The position numbers and the translations under genes were made by a program. Shown here one piece after another: positions 58,751 to 64,000 of a stretch of DNA of 64,000 bases. Positions within the stretch are counted from its first letter, which is position 1, and each line of letters opens with the position of its first letter. Below the pieces are notes generated by a model that did not search any database, was not told where the DNA came from, and worked only from the letters and a program-made list of their open reading frames with translations. Source of the stretch: Candidatus Nomurabacteria bacterium GW2011_GWE2_34_25 (lineage in GTDB: Bacteria; Patescibacteriota; Minisyncoccia; Phycocordibacterales; UBA9973). The stretch is taken from contig LBPS01000005.1 in NCBI GenBank assembly GCA_000990325.1, forward strand, positions 17,161-81,160, read 5' to 3'.

Positions 58751-59197
58751 ATGAGTAAACTACTACAACTTAAAATAGTTACACCAGAAAAACTTATCCT
58801 CGAAGAGGAGGTAGAGTCTGTAACTATACCTACCAAAGAAGGAGAGATAACCATTTTGCCAGATCATGTGCCCCTTATCGCTCCTTTAGCTTCTGGAGAT
58901 ATCGTTTCTTTTGTAAATGGAGAGCATGTGCCAGTCGCTGTCGTAGGTGGATTTGTAGAAGTGAAAACTGGAGATAAAGGTACTACAGAAGTCGCTATCT
59001 TAGCTGACTTTGCTGAACATGTAGGAGACATCACAGAGGAAGCAATTGATAAAGCAAAAACTAAATCGGAAGAACTGCGTAAGCTTGCAGAGAACAAAGA
59101 AGTGGTAGACTTTGAACACTTTGAATCCGAACTCGAACGCTCACTCACAAGAGTTAAAATAGCTGATAAGTGGAAGAATAAAAAATATAGGAGATAA
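58751..59197 (+). CDS. atpC: ATP synthase F1 epsilon subunit
   Basis: LKIVTPEK...PDHVPLIAPL. Confidence 0.9.
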   Translation: MSKLLQLKIVTPEKLILEEEVESVTIPTKEGEITILPDHVPLIAPLASGDIVSFVNGEHVPVAVVGGFVEVKTGDKGTTEVAILADFAEHVGDITEEAIDKAKTKSEELRKLAENKEVVDFEHFESELERSLTRVKIADKWKNKKYRR

Positions 59198-59203
59198 AAG
59201 AAT

Positions 59204-59241
59204 AGGCCTGCCAGATAAAATCTGGCAGGCCTATTTTATTT
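59204..59241 (+). terminator. rho-independent terminator of the atp operon
   Basis: aggcctgccagat-aaaa-tctggcaggcct followed by attttattt. Confidence 0.85.
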
Positions 59242-59597
59242 ATTAGTAAAAAACACTAAAAAAAAGAAATCCAAAAGATCCTCAAACCTCTTAGGAAATA
59301 AATACGCAAGAAAAGCTGTTGCTGGAAATAAAACCAACAACAAAATTACAATAATCTGATAATTTTCCATAACAAATATTTTTTAATTTTTTTGACGAAA
59401 AATTATTTTTTTTATCAAAGAGAACAAGATGTTGCCAATTAAGGCTATAGTGGCACACACACCAGCAATAATCATAAAAGAAATTATATCTTTTTCCATT
59501 GGGTCAATTTTTTTAATGTTAGTTTCTTTAACTATATTACTCTATGAAGCGCTAGTCAAGTGATAAAAATTTTAAATAATGATGATATAATCTACCT

Positions 59598-60746
59598 ATG
59601 GAACCCCTAGCTTCAAAAATCAGACCCAGAAGTTTGAAAGAGTTTGTCGGGCAAGAACATCTCGTAGGAGAGAGTAAGCCACTTTCTATTGCTATCAAAG
59701 AGAGGCACATATTCTCATTCATTCTCTGGGGCCCACCAGGTGTCGGGAAAACAACACTAGCTAGAATATATGCAAAAGCTTTAAATGCTGACTATCACGA
59801 ACTCTCGGCTGTCTCTGCTGGTAAAGATGACATCCGACAAATAGTTGAAGGTAAAACAAGCGGCTCACTCCTAGGTCCACGAATTCTTTTCCTCGATGAA
59901 ATTCACCGTTTTAATAAAGCCCAACAAGATTTCCTGCTCCCTTATGTAGAGAGTGGGAGACTTGTACTCATAGGTGCAACTACTGAAAATCCTAGCTTTG
60001 AGGTTATCCCCGCACTTCTTTCTCGTTGTCGTGTCTTTGTAATGGAAGAACTTACCAACGAGGACATGAGAAAAATAATAAAAAGTACAGGACACAAAAT
60101 GAAGAAAGATGCATCAGAATGGCTTGTGTCTATGGCAAAGGGGGACGCTCGCCAAGCTCTCGCCATGATAGAAAACACTATCTCTTTGTATAAAGATATA
60201 ACCATAGAGAATTTCAAAAATACTCTCCAATCTAAGTATCTTCGTTATGATAAAAAAGGGGATGAACACTACAATACTATAAGTGCATTTATAAAGAGTA
60301 TGCGAGCCTCACAACCTGATGCAGCGCTTTACTATATGAACAGAATGTTAGAAGCAGGAGAGGATCCCAAGTTCATAGCTCGTCGGATGGTTATATTTGC
60401 AAGTGAAGATATAGGGCTCGCCTTGCCTACGGCCCTTGTAGTCGCAAATGCTGTGTTCCAAGCTGTTACAACTATCGGTATGCCTGAATGCGGAGAAAAC
60501 TTGGCTCACGGAGTCGTCTATCTTTCAGAAGCTCCTAAAGACAGGAGGGCATACGATGCTTATTTAAAGTCAAAAGATGATGTCATAAAATATGGGAATT
60601 TACCTATACCACTTGAAATAAGGAACCCTGCCACGAAATTAAATAAAAACTTAGGTTATGGTAAAAATTATGAGAAATATACTAGTAAAGATCTCATGCC
60701 GGAGAAACTAAAAAATAGAAAATATTTAGAGATTAAGAAAAAATAA
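59598..60746 (+). CDS. rarA: replication-associated recombination protein A (AAA+ ATPase)
   Basis: LASKIRPRSLKEFVGQEHL, Walker A GPPGVGKTT, Walker B LFLDEIHRFNK. Confidence 0.85.
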   Translation: MEPLASKIRPRSLKEFVGQEHLVGESKPLSIAIKERHIFSFILWGPPGVGKTTLARIYAKALNADYHELSAVSAGKDDIRQIVEGKTSGSLLGPRILFLDEIHRFNKAQQDFLLPYVESGRLVLIGATTENPSFEVIPALLSRCRVFVMEELTNEDMRKIIKSTGHKMKKDASEWLVSMAKGDARQALAMIENTISLYKDITIENFKNTLQSKYLRYDKKGDEHYNTISAFIKSMRASQPDAALYYMNRMLEAGEDPKFIARRMVIFASEDIGLALPTALVVANAVFQAVTTIGMPECGENLAHGVVYLSEAPKDRRAYDAYLKSKDDVIKYGNLPIPLEIRNPATKLNKNLGYGKNYEKYTSKDLMPEKLKNRKYLEIKKK

Positions 60747-60837
60747 AAGAATTTTTTAATTTTTTTCTTAACCACTTATTAAATAATTAGTAAAATCCGG
60801 AAGAGTAGTTTTCTTATATAAATGATATAATTAGATT

Positions 60838-61608
60838 ATGGAAAACTTATACAAAGTTAAACAAATTGGCATTATTATACTTATTATTATCATAATTGGG
60901 GCAATTGTCTTAAGTATTAAAACTAATATGGAGAATGAGGTAATCATTCAAAATGAAAACCCTGTTAATAATACAGTAGAAGAAATAACCCCTGTATCTA
61001 TTTGTTACTATCGAGCAGATAAAACAGATAGGGGCTTTTACGATAAAGCTTGGCTTAAGTTAAATATTTTAGGTAATAAGGTTACAGGTGAATTCCAGCA
61101 TCTACCAGCCGAATCAGATTCAAAAGTTGGAACCTTTGAGGGCATTATTAGTCCCTTAAACCAAAAATCGATGTCTCGCTCATCTCTTGTTTGGTGGAAT
61201 TCACGAGCTGAAGGCATGGAAGTCAAAGAAGAATTGGATATCAAGTGGGGAGATGGTAGCGCTACTGTCGGATTTGGAGAAATGATTGATCGTGGTGATG
61301 GTGTATACGTTTATAAGAATAAAGACAACCTGTCATACATAAAATCTATGAGCCAAATAGACTGTGAGTATTTAGATGAGCAATTATTTGTTGAAAATTA
61401 TATTCGCGATAATATCGCAACCATTGTGACGAACAAGCCAGTCTTGGGAGGCACTTGGTACACAATAGCGATAAGTATTAACCCTTCAACAAAAACAGGT
61501 GAGGTGACATACGAGGATGGGCATATACAAAGTAAGGCAAGCTTTATCTACTCATACAACAAGTCTAATGGGGAAATTCTTTTTCCAAAATTTGAAATAA
61601 AAAAATAA
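60838..61608 (+). CDS. hypothetical membrane-anchored/secreted protein
   Basis: N-terminal TM IGIIILIIIIIGAIVL; the remainder has no recognised domain. Confidence 0.3.
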   Translation: MENLYKVKQIGIIILIIIIIGAIVLSIKTNMENEVIIQNENPVNNTVEEITPVSICYYRADKTDRGFYDKAWLKLNILGNKVTGEFQHLPAESDSKVGTFEGIISPLNQKSMSRSSLVWWNSRAEGMEVKEELDIKWGDGSATVGFGEMIDRGDGVYVYKNKDNLSYIKSMSQIDCEYLDEQLFVENYIRDNIATIVTNKPVLGGTWYTIAISINPSTKTGEVTYEDGHIQSKASFIYSYNKSNGEILFPKFEIKK

Positions 61609-61717
61609 TTAATCTATAATATAAATATTACAAATAATAATTTAATAAATCATATGGCAAAAGGTGACGGACATAGAAAAGAAGTTAAGAAACCAAAGAA
61701 AGTTAAGGCTAAATAAT

Positions 61718-61754
61718 ATCAAAAAATACTCATAGATTATGAGTATTTTTTGAT
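61718..61754 (+). terminator. rho-independent terminator
   Basis: atcaaaaaatactcata-gat-tatgagtattttttgat is a perfect 17-bp hairpin. Confidence 0.8.
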
Positions 61755-61780
61755 TAGGAGACTTATCCACAGGTATTTTC

Positions 61781-61809
61781 TTGACTGTGAACGTTCGTTC
61801 ACATATACT
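61781..61809 (+). promoter_or_regulatory. sigma70-like promoter with LexA (Cheo-type) box in the spacer
   Basis: -35 TTGACT (61781-86), a 17-nt spacer containing GAACgttcGTTC (61789-61800; GAAC-N4-GTTC), and -10 TATACT (61804-09). Confidence 0.75.
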
Positions 61810-61892
61810 ATATATGTAAGTGATTAATAGTAATTAAGGGGTCCGTCGCGTTTCAATGGACGTTAACGCGACACGATTTCGTAAAATCGTAT

Positions 61893-62105
61893 ATGACAAG
61901 AGAACAATATTTAAAAATAATAGAACGTGAGATTCACAACATCAATAAAAGGATTGATGTCAAAATCCTTCAAGGGGAAGACTATTCAAAAGAGGCCCGC
62001 GAACACAAACAACTTCTTCATAAAATCCGCCAACACAAAAGGAGAGGGTTCTTGGGAAATTTTCTTAATTTACTAAATAGACTTCCACAATTTTCTAATA
62101 TCTAA
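61893..62105 (+). CDS. small SOS-operon protein (70 aa, helical, basic)
   Basis: First ORF downstream of the LexA-box promoter, immediately upstream of lexA. I recognise no family. Confidence 0.4.
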   Translation: MTREQYLKIIEREIHNINKRIDVKILQGEDYSKEAREHKQLLHKIRQHKRRGFLGNFLNLLNRLPQFSNI

Positions 62106-62120
62106 TATACTAAAAGTTAT

Positions 62121-62690
62121 ATGTACAATAATTACAAAGAGAAATTAGTCCGTTTTTATAACAGAGACAAACGCATGCCTACATATACAGAGATGCTAGA
62201 TCTATTCGGATTCAAATCCAAGAACGCAGTAGCTAGACTCGTGGATAAATTCATTGAGGAAGGAATAGTTACGAAAGACCACTTGGGTCGCCTCCTTGCT
62301 GATGCATCATTTAATTCTATTCCAATGTTAGGGTCCGTTAAAGCAGGCTTTCCAGAAGATGTAGCAGAAGAAATGAAAGAGACTATCAACATCGAAGACT
62401 ATCTAATTGCCAAAAAAGAAAATTCCTACATGCTTACAGTTGATGGCGACTCTATGATTGACGCTCACATCGCCGATGGTGATATGGTCTTAGTCGAGAA
62501 AACGAACACAGCCAAAGACGGACAGATAGTTATAGCAAATGTTGATGGAGAATTTACTATGAAATATTTTAGAAAAGACAAGAACAATAGAGTCTGGCTA
62601 GAACCTGCCAACAAAGACTTCAAACCCATCTATCCTAAAATATATTTAAACATTACTGCAGTAGTAAAAGCTGTCATTAGAAAATACTAA
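62121..62690 (+). CDS. lexA: LexA repressor (S24 peptidase)
   Basis: N-terminal wHTH; an Ala-Gly-type cleavage region SVKAGFPE; Ser-Lys dyad context GDSM...K. Confidence 0.9.
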   Translation: MYNNYKEKLVRFYNRDKRMPTYTEMLDLFGFKSKNAVARLVDKFIEEGIVTKDHLGRLLADASFNSIPMLGSVKAGFPEDVAEEMKETINIEDYLIAKKENSYMLTVDGDSMIDAHIADGDMVLVEKTNTAKDGQIVIANVDGEFTMKYFRKDKNNRVWLEPANKDFKPIYPKIYLNITAVVKAVIRKY

Positions 62691-62709
62691 TAAATGGTAT
62701 AATCGTCTC

Positions 62710-64000
62710 TATGACTCAAGAACAAGCTTTTAAAATACTGAAAACTGGAGTAAATATTTATCTTACAGGGAGTGCTGGTTCTGGTAAAACTTATCTCTTA
62801 AATCAATACATATCATACTTACAAGACCACGACATTGCCGTGGCTGTTACTGCTTCGACAGGTATTGCTGCTACACATATGAATGGTATGACTATTCACG
62901 GATGGTCTGGTATAGGGGTTAAAAGCTTTATGGGAGAGCATGAGCTAGAACAACTTGAAGAAAAGAAATATTTATGGAAAAGATTCGAGAAGGCTAGAGT
63001 ATTAATAATTGACGAAGTTTCTATGCTTCATGGATTTCAGCTGGACATGATAGAAAAAGTTTGTAAGAGATTCAAGAGGAATAGTAAACCTTTCGGTGGA
63101 CTCCAAGTTATTCTCTCTGGAGATTTCTTTCAACTTCCCCCAGTAGAGAAAAGAAAAGTGACACACGAAACGCCAGAAGTCGGACTTATGTCTGAATCTC
63201 TGGACATAAGTCCGACTTCTGGCTCAAATACAAAAAGTAGCATGGTTTATGAAAGTGAGGCTTGGAAAATACTTAACCCTGCTATTTGCTACTTAACTGA
63301 ACAACACCGCCAAGAGGACAATATCTTAACTGAAATATTGAACAATGTCCGAGGAAATAATTTAGAAGAGAAACATTATGAATATTTAGACAAATGTATA
63401 GACAGAGAGCTTTCTGGTATTAAGGCGACCAAGCTCTATACCCACAATGTAAATGTAGACAACGAAAACAATCTAGAGCTTGCAAAAATTTCTGGCACAG
63501 AGAAAGTCTACAATATGACCTCGAAAGGTCATGAAATAATCGTAGACATTCTAAAGAAAAGTTGTCTTGCTCATGAAGAACTCAAACTTAAAGTTGGAGC
63601 GGAAGTAATGTGTATTAAGAATAATTTTGATAAAGGCTACGTAAATGGTTCAAGGGGTAAGGTTATAGGATTTGAGGATGATACAAGCTACCCTATAGTG
63701 AAGCTATACAACGGATTGACTGTAACTATAGCCCCCGAGCTCTGGGCAATAGAAGAAGACGGGCGAGTAAAGGCCTCCATCACTCAATTCCCACTGAGAC
63801 TTGCATGGGCTATAACTATCCATAAAAGCCAAGGAATGTCCCTAGATAACGCAGAAATAGACCTTAGAAGCACTTTTACATATGGTATGGGATATGTTGC
63901 TCTTTCGAGAGTCCGAACCCTCTCTGGCATATGTTTAATAGGATTTACAAAGGAGTCACTTTTAGTAGATCCTAGAATTTTGGAGTTAGACCAAGAGCTC
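62710..64000 (+). CDS. Pif1/RecD-family 5'-3' DNA helicase (partial; continues beyond the window)
   Basis: Walker A GSAGSGKT, LIIDEVSM, LSGDFFQLPPV, AITIHKSQG, YVALSRV. There is no stop before the window end. Confidence 0.8.

Overview
This 64 kb window is low-GC, gene-dense bacterial DNA. Genes are mostly co-directional, proteins are short, and there are few Shine-Dalgarno sequences. Several genes sit directly behind a -10 box, consistent with leaderless mRNAs. The style fits a reduced-genome (CPR/Patescibacteria-like) bacterium; this is inference only.

The content is mostly housekeeping:
- Ribosomal/translation genes: infA-rpmJ-rpsM-rpsK-rpsD-rpoA-rplQ-rplM-rpsI, plus rplU, rplY, rpmE and prfA.
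- A grpE / dnaK / dnaJ chaperone locus with a divergent PaaX-like regulator.
- A putrescine-synthesis cluster: arginine-decarboxylase-like, deoxyhypusine-synthase-like, aguB, aguA.
- Aminoacyl-tRNA and related genes: cysS, trpS, aspS/asnS-type, gltX, gatB.
- pyrF / pyrE-like, recR, dnaB, scpA / scpB, mraY-ftsW-murG, an M23 peptidase and a lytic transglycosylase.
- A pentose-phosphate / glycolysis block: gap, dapF, rpiB, rpe, split tkt, a PfkB kinase, class II aldolase.
- A complete F1Fo ATP synthase operon (atpI-like, B, E, F, H, A, G, D, C), rarA, and a LexA operon running into a Pif1-like helicase.
- Two tRNAs: Leu-UAA (+) and Ile-GAU (-).

The most interesting material is non-coding:
1. A RAYT/IS200-like Y1 transposase gene bounded by perfect 21-bp inverted REP-like hairpins, with a related 42-nt perfect palindrome upstream of recR.
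2. Two families of conserved intergenic elements, each present twice. One is a ~70-nt motif upstream of dnaK and gap. The other is a ~105-nt element after dnaK and rpmE whose terminal stems co-vary, suggesting a structured RNA.
3. A GC-rich, highly structured ~200-nt segment inserted between duplicated copies of the rpsI 3' end. It is a candidate ncRNA and has weak RNase P P4-like features.
4. A 28-bp palindromic operator overlapping the dnaK promoter, next to the PaaX-like regulator; no HrcA/CIRCE is present.
5. A duplicated tRNA-Ile 3' end that looks like an att integration scar.
6. A Cheo-type LexA box placed exactly in the spacer of a sigma70-like promoter.
7. 5' frame disruptions in both rpoA and rplQ.

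No CRISPR array and no rRNA were found.
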